Shown here one piece after another: positions 38,505-52,000 of a stretch of DNA of 64,000 nt. Numbering within the stretch: position 1 is the first letter of the stretch; each line of letters begins with the position of its first letter. The notes under the pieces were generated by a model. That model was not told the origin of the DNA and made no database searches. It saw only the letters and a program-made list of their open reading frames with translations. Source of the stretch: the human T2T-CHM13v2.0 reference genome, Homo sapiens; the NCBI RefSeq assembly GCF_009914755.1, contig NC_060935.1; one strand, 5' to 3'. The position numbers and the translations under genes were made by a program.

Positions 38505-41500
38505 CTGAGAAACTTCTTTGTGATATTTGCATTCAACTCACAGAGTTGAACCTTGCTTTCATAGTTCAGCTTTCAAACACTCTTTTTGTAGAATCTGCAA
38601 GTGGATATTTTGACCACTTAGTGGCCTTCCTTCGAAACGGGTATATCTTCACATCAAACCTAGACAGAAGCATTCTCAGAATGTTTCCTGTGATGACTGC
38701 ATTCAACTCACAGAGGTGAACAATCCTGCTGATGGAGCAGTTTTGAAACTCTCTTTCTTTGGATTCTGCAAGTGGATATGTGGACCTCTGTGAAGATTTC
38801 GTTGGAAACGGGTTCATCTTCACAGAAAAACTAAACAGAAGCATTCTCAGAAACTGCTTTGTGATGTTTGTGTTCCACTTCAGGAATTGAACTTTCCTCT
38901 TGACAGAGGAGCTCTGAAACCCTCTTATTCTAGAATCTGCAAGTGGACATTTGGAGGGCTTTGAGGCCTGTGGTGGAAAAGGAAAATCTTCACATAAAAA
39001 CTAGATGGAAGCATTCTCAGAAACTACTTTGTGATGATTGCATTCGACTCACAGAGTTGAACATTCCTATAGATAGAGCAGGTTGTAAACAATCTTTTTG
39101 TAGAATCTGCGATTGGAGATTTGGACTGCTTTGAGGCCTACTGTAGTAAAGGAAATAACTTCATCTAAAAACCAAACGGAAGCATTCACAGACAATTCTT
39201 AGTGATCATTGCATTGAACTAACAGAGCTGAACATTCCTTTAGATGGAGCAGTTTCCAAACACATTTTCTGTAGAATCTGCAAGTGGATATTTGGACTTC
39301 TCTGAGGATTTCGTTGGAAAGGGGATAAACTTCCCAGAACTACACGGAAGCATTGTGAGAAACTTCTTTGTGATGTTTGCATTCAACTCACAGAGTTGAA
39401 CCTTGCTTTCGTAGTTCAGCTTTCAAACACTCTTTTTGTAGAATCTGCAAGTGGATATTTTGACCACTTTGTGGCCTTCCTTCGAAACGGGTATATCTTC
39501 CCATCAAACCTAGACAGAAGCATTCTCAGAATCTTTCCTGTGATGACTGCATTCAACTCACAGAGGTGAACAATCCTGTTGATGGAGCACTTTTGAAACT
39601 CTCTTTCTTTGGATTCTGCAATTTGATTTGTGGACCTCTGTGAAGATTTCGTTGGAAACGGGTTCATCTTCACAGAAAAACTAAACAGAAGCATTCTCAG
39701 AAACTACTTTGTGATGTTTGTGTTCCACTTCAAGAATTGAACTTTCCTCTTGACAGAGCAGCTCTGAAACCCTCTTTTTCTAGAATCTGCAAGTGGACAT
39801 TTGGAGGGCTTTGAGGCCTGTGGTGGAAAAGGAAAATCTTCACATAAAAACTAGATGGAAGCATTCTCAGAAACTACTTTGTGATGATTGCATTCGACTC
39901 ACAGAGTTGAACATTCCTATAGATAGTGCAGGTTGTAAACAATCTTTTTGTAGAATCTGCGATTGGAGATGTGGACTGCTTTGAGGCCTACTGTAGTAAA
40001 GGAAATTACTTCATCTAAAAACCAAACGGAAGCATTCACAGACAATTCTTAGTGATCATTGGATTGAACTAACAGAGCTGAACATTCCTTTAGATGGAGC
40101 AGTTTCCAAACCCACTTTCTGTAGAATCTGCAAGTGGATATTTGGACTTCTCTGAGGATTTCGTTGGAAATGGGATAAACTTCCCAGAACTACACGGAAG
40201 CATTCTGAGAAACTTCTTTGTGATGTTTTCATTCAACTCACAGAGTTGAACCTTGCTTTCATAGTTCAGCTTTCAAACACTCTTTTTGTAGAATCTGCAA
40301 GTGGATATTTGGACCACTTTGTGGCCTTCCTTCGAAACGGGTATATCTTCCCATCAAACCTAGACAGAAGCATTCTCAGAATGTTTCCTGTGATGACTGC
40401 ATTCAACTCTCAGAGGTGAACAATCCTGTTGATGGAGCACTTTTGAAACTCTCTTTCTTTGGATTCTGCAAGTGGATATGTGGACCTCTGTGAAGATTTC
40501 GTTGGAAACGGGTTCATCTTCACAAAAAAACTAAACAGAAGCATTCTCAGAAACTACTTTGTGATGTTTGTGTTCCACTTCAAGAATTGAACTTTCCTCT
40601 TGACAGAGCAGCTCTGAAACCCTCTTTTTCTAGAATCTGCAAGTGGACATTTGGAGGGCTTTGAGGCCTGTGGTGGAAAAGGAAAATCTTCACATAAAAA
40701 CTAGATGGAAGCATTCTCAGAAACTACTTTGTGATGATTGCATTCGACTCACAGAGTTGAACATTCCTATAGATAGAGCAGGTTGTCAACAATCTTTTTG
40801 TAGAATCTGCGATTGGAGATTTGGACTGCTTTGAGGCCTACTGTAGTAAAGGAAATAACTTCATCTAAAAACCAAACGGAAGCATTCACAGACAATTCTT
40901 AGTGATCATTGCATTGAACTAACAGAGGTGAACATTCCTTTAGATGGCGCAGTTTCCAAACACACTTTCTGTAGAATCTGCAAGTGGATATTTGGAGTTC
41001 TCTGAGGATTTCGTTGGAAACGGGATAAACTTCCCAGAACTACACGGAAGCATTGTGAGAAACTTCTTTGTGATGTTTGCATTCAACTCACATAGTTGAA
41101 CCTTGCTTTCATAGTTCAGCTTTCAAACACTCTTTTTGTAGAATCTGCAAGTGGATATTTGGACCACTTTGTGGCCTTCCTTCGAAACGGGTATATCTTC
41201 ACATCAAACCTAGACAGAAGCATTCTCAGAATGTTTCCTGTGATGACTGCATTCAACTCACAGAGGTGAATAATCCTGTTGATGGAGCACTTTTGAAACT
41301 CTCTTTCTTTGGATTCTGCAAGTTGATATGTGGACCTCTGTGAAGATTTCGTTGGAAACGGGTTCATCTTCACAGAAAAACTAAACAGAAGCATTCTCAG
41401 AAACTACTTTGTGATGTTTGTGTTCCACTTCAAGAATTGAACTTTCCTCTTGACAGAGCAGCTCTGAAACCCTCTTTTTCTAGAATCTGCAAGTGGACAT

Positions 41501-42429
41501 TTGGAGGGCTTTGAGGCCTGTGGTGGAAAAGGAAAATCTTCACATAAAAACTAGATGGAAGCATTCTCAGAAACTACTTTGTGATGATTGCATTCGACTC
41601 ACAGAGTTGAACATTCCTATAGATAGAGCAGGTTGTAAACAATCTTTTTGTAGAATCTGCGATTGGAGATTTGGACTGCTTTGAGGCCTACTGTAGTAAA
41701 GGAAATAACTTCATCTAAAAACCAAACGGAAGCATTCACAGACAATTCTTAGTGATCATTGCATTGAACTAACAGAGCTGAACATTCCTTTAGATGGCGC
41801 AGTTTCCAAACACACTTTCTGTAGAATCTGCAAGTGGATATTTGGACCTCTCTGAGGATTTCGTTGGAAACAGGATAAACTTCCCAGAACTACACGGAAG
41901 CATTGTGAGAAACTTCTTTGTGATGTTTGCATTCAACTCACAGAGTTGAACCTTGCTTTCATAGTTCAGCTTTCAAACACTCTTTTTGTGGAATCTGCAA
42001 GTGGATATTTGGACCACTTTGTGGCCTTCCTTCGAAACGGGTATATCTTCACATCAAACCTAGTCAGAAGCATTCTCAGAATGTTTCCTGTGATGACTGC
42101 ATTCAACTCACAGAGGTGAACAATCCTGCTGATGGAGCAGTTTTGAAACTCTCTTTCTTTGGATTCTGCAAGTGGATATGTGGACCTCTGTGAAGATTTC
42201 GTTGGAAACGGGTTCATCTTCACAGAAAAACTAAACAGGAGCATTCTCAGAAACTGCTTTGTGATGTTTGTGTTCCACTTCAAGAATTGAACTTTCCTCT
42301 TGACAGAGCAGCTCTGAAACCCTCTTTTTCTAGAATCTGCAAGTGGACATTTGGAGGGCTTTGAGGCCTGTGGTGGAAAAGGAAAATCGTCACATAAAAA
42401 CTTTATGGAAGCATTCTCAGAAACTTCTT

Positions 42430-45400
42430 TGTGATGATTGCATTCGACTCACAGAGTTGAACATTCCTATAGATAGAGCAGGTTGTAAACAATCTTTTTG
42501 TAGAATCTGCGATTGGAGATTTGGACTGCTTTGAGGCCTACTGTAGTAAAGGAAGTAACTTCATCTAAAAACCAAACGGAAGCATTCACAGACAATTCTT
42601 AGTGATCATTGCATTGAACTAACAGAGCTGAACATTCCTTTAGATGGCGCAGTTTCCAAACACACTTTCTGTAGAATGTGCAAGTGGATATTTGGACCTC
42701 TCTGAGGATTTCGTTGGAAACGGGATAAACTTCCCAGAACTACACGGAAGCATTCTGAGAAACTTCTTTGTGATATTTGCATTCAACTCACAGAGTTGAA
42801 CCTTGCTTTCATAGTTCAGCTTTCAAACACTCTTTTTGTAGAATCTGCAAGTGGATATTTTGACCACTTAGTGGCCTTCCTTCGAAACGGGTATATCTTC
42901 ACATCAAACCTAGACAGAAGCATTCTCAGAATGTTTCCTGTGATGACTGCATTCAACTCACAGAGGTGAACAATCCTGCTGATGGAGCAGTTTTGAAACT
43001 CTCTTTCTTTGGATTCTGCAAGTGGATATGTGGACCTCTGTGAAGATTTCGTTGGAAACGGGTTCATCTTCACAGAAAAACTAAACAGAAGCATTCTCAG
43101 AAACTGCTTTGTGATGTTTGTGTTCCACTTCAGGAATTGAACTTTCCTCTTGACAGAGGAGCTCTGAAACCCTCTTATTCTAGAATCTGCAAGTGGACAT
43201 TTGGAGGGCTTTGAGGCCTGTGGTGGAAAAGGAAAATCTTCACATAAAAACTAGATGGAATCATTCTCAGAAACTACTTTGTGATGATTGCATTCGACTC
43301 ACAGAGTTGAACATTCCTATAGATAGAGCAGGTTGTAAACAATCTTTTTGTAGAATCTGCGATTGGAGATTTGGACTGCTTTGAGGCCTACTGTAGTAAA
43401 GGAAATAACTTCATCTAAAAACCAAACGGAAGCATTCACAGACAATTCTTAGTGATCATTGGATTGAACTAACAGAGCTGAACATTCCTTTAGATGGAGC
43501 AGTTTCCAAACACATTTTCTGTAGAATCTGCAAGTGGATATTTGGACTTCTCTGAGGGATTTCGTTGGAAACGGGATAAATTTCCCAGAACTACACGGAA
43601 GCATTGTGAGAAACTTCTTTGTGATGTTTGCATTCAACTCACAGAGTTGAACCTTGCTTTCATAGTTCAGCTTTCAAACTCTTTTTTTGCAGAATCTGCA
43701 AGTGGATATTTGGACCACTTTTTGGCCTTCCTTCGAAACGGTTATATCTTCCCATCAAACCTAGACAGAAGCATTCTCAGAATGTTTCCTGTGATGACTG
43801 CATTCAACTCTCAGAGGTGAACAATCCTGTTGATGGAGCACTTTTGAAACTCTCTTTCTTTGGATTCTGCAAGTAGATATGTGGACCTCAGTGAAGATTT
43901 CGTTGGAAACGGGTTCATCTTCACAGAAAAACTAAACAGAAGCATTCTCAGAAACTGCTTTGTGATGTTTGTGTTCCACTTCAAGAATTGAACTTTCCTC
44001 TTGACAGAGCAGCTCTGAAACCCTCTTTTTCTAGAATCTGCAAGTGGATATTTGGAGGGCTTTGAGGCCTGTGGTGGAAAAGGAAAATCTTCACATAAAA
44101 ACTAGATGGAAGCATTCTCAGAAACTACTTTGTGATGATTGCATTCGACTCACAGAGTTGAACATTCCTATAGATAGAGCAGGTTGTAAACAATCTTTTT
44201 GTAGAATCTGCGATTGGAGATTTGGACTGCTTTGAGGCCTACTGTAGTAAAGGAAATAACTTCATCTAAAAACCAAACGGAAGCATTCACAGACAATTCT
44301 TAGTGATCATTGCATTGAACTAACAGAGGTGAACATTCCTTTAGATGGCGCAGTTTCCAAACACACTTTCTGTAGAATCTGCCAGTGGATATTTGGACCT
44401 CTCTGAGGATTTCGTTGGAAACGGGATAAACTTCCCAGAACTACACGGAAGCATGCTGAGAAACTTCTTTGTGATGTTTGCATTCAACTCACAGAGTTGA
44501 ACCTTGTTTTCATAGTTCAGCTTTCAAACACTCTTTTTGTAGAATCTGCAAGTGGATATTTGGACCACTTTGTGGCCTTCCTTCGAAACGGGTATATCTT
44601 CACATCAAACCTAGACAGAAGCATTCTCAGAATGTTTCCTGTGATGACTGCATTCAACTCACAGAGGTGAACAATCCTGTTGATGGAGCACTTTTGAAAC
44701 TCTCTTTCTTTGGATTCTGCAAGTTGATATGTGGACCTCTGTGAAGATTTCGTTGGAAACGGGTTCATCTTCACAGAAAAACTAAACAGAAGCATTCTCA
44801 GAAACTACTTTGTGATGTTTGTGTTTCACTTCAAGAATTGAACTTTCCTCTTGACAGACCAGCTCTGAAACCCTCTTTTTCTAGAATCTGCAAGTGGACA
44901 TTTGGAGGGCTTTGAGGCCTGTGGTGGAAAAGGAAAATCTTCACATAAAAACTAGATGGAAGCATTCTCAGAAACTACTTTGTGATGATTGCATTCGACT
45001 CACAGAGTTGAACATTCCTATAGATAGAGCAGGTTGTAAACAATCTTTTTGTAGAATCTGCGATTGGAGATTTGGACTGCTTTGAGGCCTACTGTAGTAA
45101 AGGAAGTAACTTCATCTAAAAACCAAACGGAAGCATTCACAGACAATTCTTAGTGATCATTGCATTGAACTAACAGAGCTGAACATTCCTTTAGATGGCG
45201 CAGTTTCCAAACACACTTTCTGTAGAATGTGCAAGTGGATATTTGGACCTCTCTGAGGATTTCGTTGGAAACGGGATAAACTTCCCAGAACTACACGGAA
45301 GCATTCTGAGAAACTTCTTTGTGATATTTGCATTCAACTCACAGAGTTGAACCTTGCTTTCATAGTTCAGCTTTCAAACACTCTTTTTGTAGAATCTGCA

Positions 45401-47050
45401 AGTGGATATTTTGACCACTTAGTGGCCTTCCTTCGAAACGGGTATATCTTCACATCAAACCTAGACAGAAGCATTCTCAGAATGTTTCCTGTGATGACTG
45501 CATTCAACTCACAGAGGTGAACAATCCTGCTGATGGAGCAGTTTTGAAACTCTCTTTCTTTGGATTCTGCAAGTGGATATGTGGACCTCTGTGAAGATTT
45601 CGTTGGAAACGGGTTCATCTTCACAGAAAAACTAAACAGAAGCATTCTCAGAAACTGCTTTGTGATGTTTGTGTTCCACTTCAGGAATTGAACTTTCCTC
45701 TTGACAGAGGAGCTCTGAAACCCTCTTATTCTAGAATCTGCAAGTGGACATTTGGAGGGCTTTGAGGCCTGTGGTGGAAAAGGAAAATCTTCACATAAAA
45801 ACTAGATGGAATCATTCTCAGAAACTACTTTGTGATGATTGCATTCGACTCACAGAGTTGAACATTCCTATAGATAGAGCAGGTTGTAAACAATCTTTTT
45901 GTAGAATCTGCGATTGGAGATTTGGACTGCTTTGAGGCCTACTGTAGTAAAGGAAATAACTTCATCTAAAAACCAAACGGAAGCATTCACAGACAATTCT
46001 TAGTGATCATTGGATTGAACTAACAGAGCTGAACATTCCTTTAGATGGAGCAGTTTCCAAACACATTTTCTGTAGAATCTGCAAGTGGATATTTGGACTT
46101 CTCTGAGGGATTTCGTTGGAAACGGGATAAATTTCCCAGAACTACACGGAAGCATTGTGAGAAACTTCTTTGTGATGTTTGCATTCAACTCACAGAGTTG
46201 AACCTTGCTTTCATAGTTCAGCTTTCAAACACTTTTTTTGCAGAATCTGCAAGTGGATATTTGGACCACTTTTTGGCCTTCCTTCGAAACGGTTATATCT
46301 TCCCATCAAACCTAGACAGAAGCATTCTCAGAATGTTTCCTGTGATGACTGCATTCAACTCTCAGAGGTGAACAATCCTGTTGATGGAGCACTTTTGAAA
46401 CTCTCTTTCTTTGGATTCTGCAAGTAGATATGTGGACCTCAGTGAAGATTTCGTTGGAAACGGGTTCATCTTCACAGAAAAACTAAACAGAAGCATTCTC
46501 AGAAACTGCTTTGTGATGTTTGTGTTCCACTTCAAGAATTGAACTTTCCTCTTGACAGAGCAGCTCTGAAACCCTCTTTTTCTAGAATCTGCAAGTGGAT
46601 ATTTGGAGGGCTTTGAGGCCTGTGGTGGAAAAGGAAAATCTTCACATAAAAACTAGATGGAAGCATTCTCAGAAACTACTTTGTGATGATTGCATTCGAC
46701 TCACAGAGTTGAACATTCCTATAGATAGAGCAGGTTGTAAACAATCTTTTTGTAGAATCTGCGATTGGAGATTTGGACTGCTTTGAGGCCTACTGTAGTA
46801 AAGGAAATAACTTCATCTAAAAACCAAACGGAAGCATTCACAGACAATTCTTAGTGATCATTGCATTGAACTAACAGAGGTGAACATTCCTTTAGATGGC
46901 GCAGTTTCCAAACACACTTTCTGTAGAATCTGCAAGTGGATATTTGGACCTCTCTGAGGATTTCGTTGGAAACGGGATAAACTTCCCAGAACTACACGGA
47001 AGCATGCTGAGAAACTTCTTTGTGATGTTTGCATTCAACTCACAGAGTTG
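42430..47050 (+). repeat. Duplication with 2,551-bp period (3 HORs + 1 bp); shared segments ~42430-44500 and ~44980-47050
   Basis: Shared GGAAGTAAC, AGAATGTG, TGATATTTG, TTGACCACTTAG, GGAATCATTC, the +G insertion GAGGGAT (~43557/~46108) and AAGTAGAT; ORF starts 43628/46179. Confidence 0.85.
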
Positions 47051-47809
47051 AAACTTGCTTTCATAGTTCAGCTTTCAAACACTCTTTTTGTAGAATCTGC
47101 AAGTGGATATTTGGACCCTTTGTGGCCTTCCTTCGAAACGGGTATATCTTCACATCAAACCCAGACAGAAGCATTCTCAGAATGTTTCCTGTGATGACTG
47201 CATTCAACTCACAGACGTGAACAATCCTGCTGATGGAGCAGTTTTGAAACTCTCTTTCTTTGGATTCTGCAAGTGGAAATGTGGACCTCTGTGAAGATTT
47301 CGTTGGAAACGGGTTCATCTTCACAGAAAAACTAAACAGAAGCATTCTCAGAAACTGCTTTGTGATATTTGTGTTCCACTTCAGGAATTGAACTTTCCTC
47401 TTGACAGAGCAGCTCTGAAACCCTCTTATTCTAGAATCTGCAAGTGGACATTTGGAGGGCTTTGAGGCCTGTGGTGGGAAAGGAAAATCTTCACATAAAA
47501 ACTAGATGGAAGCTTTCTCAGAAACTACTTTGTGATAATTGCATTCGACTCTCAGAGTTGAACATTCCTATAGATAGAGCAGGTTGTAAACAATCTTTTT
47601 GTAGAATCTGCGATTGGAGATTTGGACTGCTTTGAGGCCTACTGTAGTAAAGGAAATAACTTCATCTAAAAACCAAACGGAAGCATTCACAGACAATTCT
47701 TAGTGATCATTGCATTGAACTAACAGAGCTGAACATTCCTTTAGATGGAGCAGTTTCCAAACACACTTTCTGTAGAACCTGCAAGTGGATATTTGGACCT
47801 CTCTGAGGA

Positions 47810-49001
47810 TTTCGTTGGAAATGGGATAAACTTCCCAGAACTACACGGAAGCATTGCGAGAAACTTCTTTGTGATGTTTGCATTCAACTCACAGAGTTGA
47901 ACCTTGCTTTCATAGTTCAGCTTTCAAACACTCTTTTTGTAGAATCTGCAAGTGGATATTTGGACCACTTTGTGCCCTTCCTTCGAAACGGGTATATCTT
48001 CACATCAAACCTAGACAGAAGCATTCTCAGAATGTTTCCTGTGATGACTGCATTCAACTCACAGAGGTGAACAATCCTGCTGATGGAGCAGTTTTGAAAC
48101 TCTCTTTCTTTGGATTCTGCAAGTGGATATGTGGACCTCTGTGAAGATTTCGTTGGAAACGGGTTCATCTTCACAGAAAAACTAAACAGAAACATTCTCA
48201 GAAACTGCTTTGTGATGTTTGTGTTCCACTTCAGGAATTGAACTTTCCTCTTGACAGAGCAGCTCTGAAACCCTCTTATTCTAGAATCTGCAAGTGGATA
48301 TTTGGACCACTTTGTGGCCTTCCTTCGAAACGGGTATATCTTCACATCAAACCTAGACAGAAGCATTCTCAGAATGTTTCCTGTGATGACTGCATTCAAC
48401 TCACAGAGGTGAACAATCCTGCTGATGGAGCAGTTTTGAAACTCTCTTTCTTTGGATTCTGCAAGTGGATATGTGGACCTCTGTGAAGATTTCGTTGGAA
48501 ACCTGTTCATCTTCACAGAAAAACTAAACAGGAGCATTCTCAGAAACTGCTTTGTGATGTTTGTGTTCCACTTCAAGAATTGAACTTTCCTCTTGACAGA
48601 GCAGCTCTGAAACCCTATTTTTCTAGAATCTGCAAGTGGACATTTGGAGGGCTTTGAGGCCTGTGGTGGAAAAGGAAAATCTTCACATAAAAACTAGATG
48701 GAAGCATTCTCAGAAACTACTTTGTGATGATTGCATTCGACTCACAGAGTTGAACATTCCTATAGATAGAGCAGGTTTTAAACAATCTTTTTGTAGAATC
48801 TGCGATTGGAGATTTGGACTGCTTTGAGGCCTACTGTAGTAAAGGAAATAACTTCATCTAAAAACCAAACGGAAGCATTCACAGACAATTCTTAGTGATC
48901 ATTGCATTGAACTAACAGAGCTGAACATTCCTTTAGATGGAGCAGTTTCCAAACCCACTTTCTGTAGAATCTGCAAGTGGATATTTGGACTTCTCTGAGG
49001 A
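47810..49001 (+). repeat. Variant 7-mer HOR (1,192 bp) with hybrid monomer, copy 1
   Basis: Box 1 to next box 1 is 47810 to 49002 = 850+342. At 48282-48298 ...CCCTCTTATTC-TAGAATCTGCAAGTGGA-TATTTGGACCACTTTG joins two different monomer types. Confidence 0.95.
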
Positions 49002-52000
49002 TTTCGTTGGAAACGGGATAAACTTCCCAGAACTACAGGGAAGCATTGTGAGAAACTTCTTTGTGATGTTTGCATTCAACTCACAGAGTTGAACCTTGCT
49101 TTCATAGTTCAGCTTTCAAACACTCTTTTTGTAGAATCTGCAAGTGGATATTTGGACCACTTTGTGGCCTTCCTTCGAAACGGGTATATCTTCACATCAA
49201 ACCTAGACAGAAGCATTCTCAGAATGTTTCCTGTGATGACTGCATTCAACTCACAGAGGTGAACAATCCTGTTGATGGAGCAGTTTTGAAACTCTCTTTC
49301 TTTGGATTCTGCAAGTGGATATGTGGACCTCTGTGAAGATTTCGTTGGAAACGGTTTCATCTTCACAGAAAAACTAAACAGAAGCATTCTCAGAAACTGC
49401 TTTGTGATGTTTGTGTTCCACTTCAGGAATTGAACTTTCCTCTTGACAGAGCAGCTCTGAAACCCTCTTATTCTAGAATCTGCAAGTGGACATTTGGAGG
49501 GCTTTGAGGCCTGTGGTGGAAAAGGAAAATCTTCACATAAAAACTAGATGGAAGCATTCTCAGAAACTACTTTGTGATGATTGCATTCGACTCACAGAGT
49601 TGAACATTCCTATAGATAGAGCAGGTTGTAAACAATCTTTTTGTAGAATCTGCGATTGGAGATTTGGACTGCTTTGAGGCCTACTGAAGTAAAGGAAATA
49701 ACTTCATCTAAAAACCAAACGGAAGCATTCACAGACAATTCTTAGTGATCATTGGATTGAACTAACAGAGCTGAACATTCCTTTAGATGGAGTAGTTTCC
49801 AAACACACTTTCTGTAGAATCTGCAAGTGGATATTTGGACTTCTCTGAGGATTTCGTTGGAAACGGGATAAACTTCCCAGAACTACACGGAAGCATTCTG
49901 AGAAACTTCTTTGTGATGTTTGCATTCAACTCACAGAGTTGAAACTTGCTTTCATAGTTCAGCTTTCAAACACTCTTTTTGTAGAATCTGCAAGTGGATA
50001 TTTGGACCACTTTGTGGCCTTCCTTCGAAACGGGTATATCTTCACATCAAACCTAGACAGAAGCATTCTCAGAATGTTTCCTGTGATGACTGCATTCAAC
50101 TCCCAGAGGTGAACAATCCTGCTGATGGAGCAGTTTTGAAACTCTCTTTCTTTGGATTCTGCAAGTGGATATGTGGACCTCTGTGAAGATTTCGTTGGAA
50201 ACGGGTTCATCTTCACAGAAAAACTAAACAGGAGCATTCTCAGAAACTGCTTTGTGATGTTTGTGTTCCACTTCAATAATTGAACTTTCCTCTTGACAGA
50301 GCAGCTCTGAAACCCTCTTTTTCTAGAATCTGCAAGTGGACATTTGGAGGGCTTTGAGGCCTGTGGTGGAAAAGGAAAATCTTCACATAAAAACTAGATG
50401 GAAGCATTCTCAGAAACTACTTTGTGATGATTGCATTCGACTCACAGAGTTGAACATTCCTATAGATAGAGCAGGTTGTAAACAATGTTTTTGTAGAATC
50501 TGCGATTGGAGATTTGGACTGCTTTGAGGCCTACTGTAGTAAAGGAAATAACTTCATCTAAAAACCAAACGGAAGCATTCACAGACAATTCTTAGTGATC
50601 ATTGGATTGAACTAACAGAGCTGAACATTCCTTTAGGTGGAGCAGTTTCCAAACCCACTTTCTGTAGAATCTGCAAGTGGATATTTGGACCTCTCTGAGG
50701 ATTTCGTTGGAAACGGGATAAACTTCCCAGAACTACACGGAAGCATGCTGAGAAACTTCTTTGTCATGTTTGCATTCAACTCACAGAGTTGAACCTTGCT
50801 TTCATAGTTCAGCTTTCAAACACTCTTTTTGTAGAATCTGCAAGTGGATATTTGGACCACTTTGTGGCCTTCCTTCGAAACGGGTATATCTTCACATCAA
50901 ACCTAGACAGAAGCATTCTCAGAATGTTTCCTGTGATGACTGCATTCAACTCACAGAGGTGAACAATCCTGCTGATGGAGCAGTTTTGAAACTCTCTTTC
51001 TTTGGATTCTGCAAGTGGATATGTGGACCTCTGTGAAGATTTCGTTGGAAACGGGTTCATCTTCACAGAAAAACTAAACAGAAGCATTCTCAGAAACTGC
51101 TTTGTGATGTTTGTGTTCCACTTCAGGAATTGAACTTTCCTCTTGACAGAGCAGCTCTGAAACCCTCTTATTCTAGAATCTGCAAGTGGACATTTGGAGG
51201 GCTTTGAGGCCTGTGGTGGAAAAGGAAAATCTTCACATAAAAACTAGATGGAAGCATTCTCAGAAACTACTTTGTGATGATTGCATTCGACTCACAGAGT
51301 TGAACATTCCTATAGATAGAGCAGGTTGTAAACAATCTTTTTGTAGAATCTGCGATTGGAGATTTGGACTGCTTTGAGGCCTACTGTAGTAAAGGAAATA
51401 ACTTCATCTAAAAACCAAACGGAAGCATTCACAGACAATTCTTAGTGATCATTGCATTGAACTAACAGAGCTGAACATTCCTTTAGATGGCGCAGTTTCC
51501 AAACCCACTTTCTGTAGAATCTGCAAGTGGATATTTGGACCTCTCTGAGGATTTCGTTGGAAACGGGATACACATCCCAGAACTACACGGAAGCATTGTG
51601 AGAAACTTCTTTGTGATGTTTGCATTCAACTCACAGAGTTGAACCTTGCTTTCATAGTTCAGCTTTCAAACACTTTTTTTGCAGAATCTGCAAGTGGATA
51701 TTTGGACCACTTTTTGGCCTTCCTTCGAAACGGTTATATCTTCCCATCAAACCTAGACAGAAGCATTCTCAGAATGTTTCCTGTGATGACTGCATTCAAC
51801 TCTCAGAGGTGAACAATCCTGTTGATGGAGCACTTTTGAAACTCTCTTTCTTTGGATTCTGCAAGTAGATATGTGGACCTCAGTGAAGATTTCGTTGGAA
51901 ACGGGTTCATCTTCACAGAAAAACTAAACAGAAGCATTCTCAGAAACTGCTTTGTGATGTTTGTGTTCCACTTCAAGAATTGAACTTTCCTCTTGACAGA

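Noticed and set aside
43494-43820. 108-aa ORF (also 46045-46371)
   Set aside because: Created by the +G insertion fusing satellite reading frames.
47917-48576. 219-aa minus-strand ORF (also 53358-54017)
   Set aside because: It exists only because the extra 342 bp is a multiple of three, giving an internally repeated translation. It marks the 7-mer junction and is not a gene.
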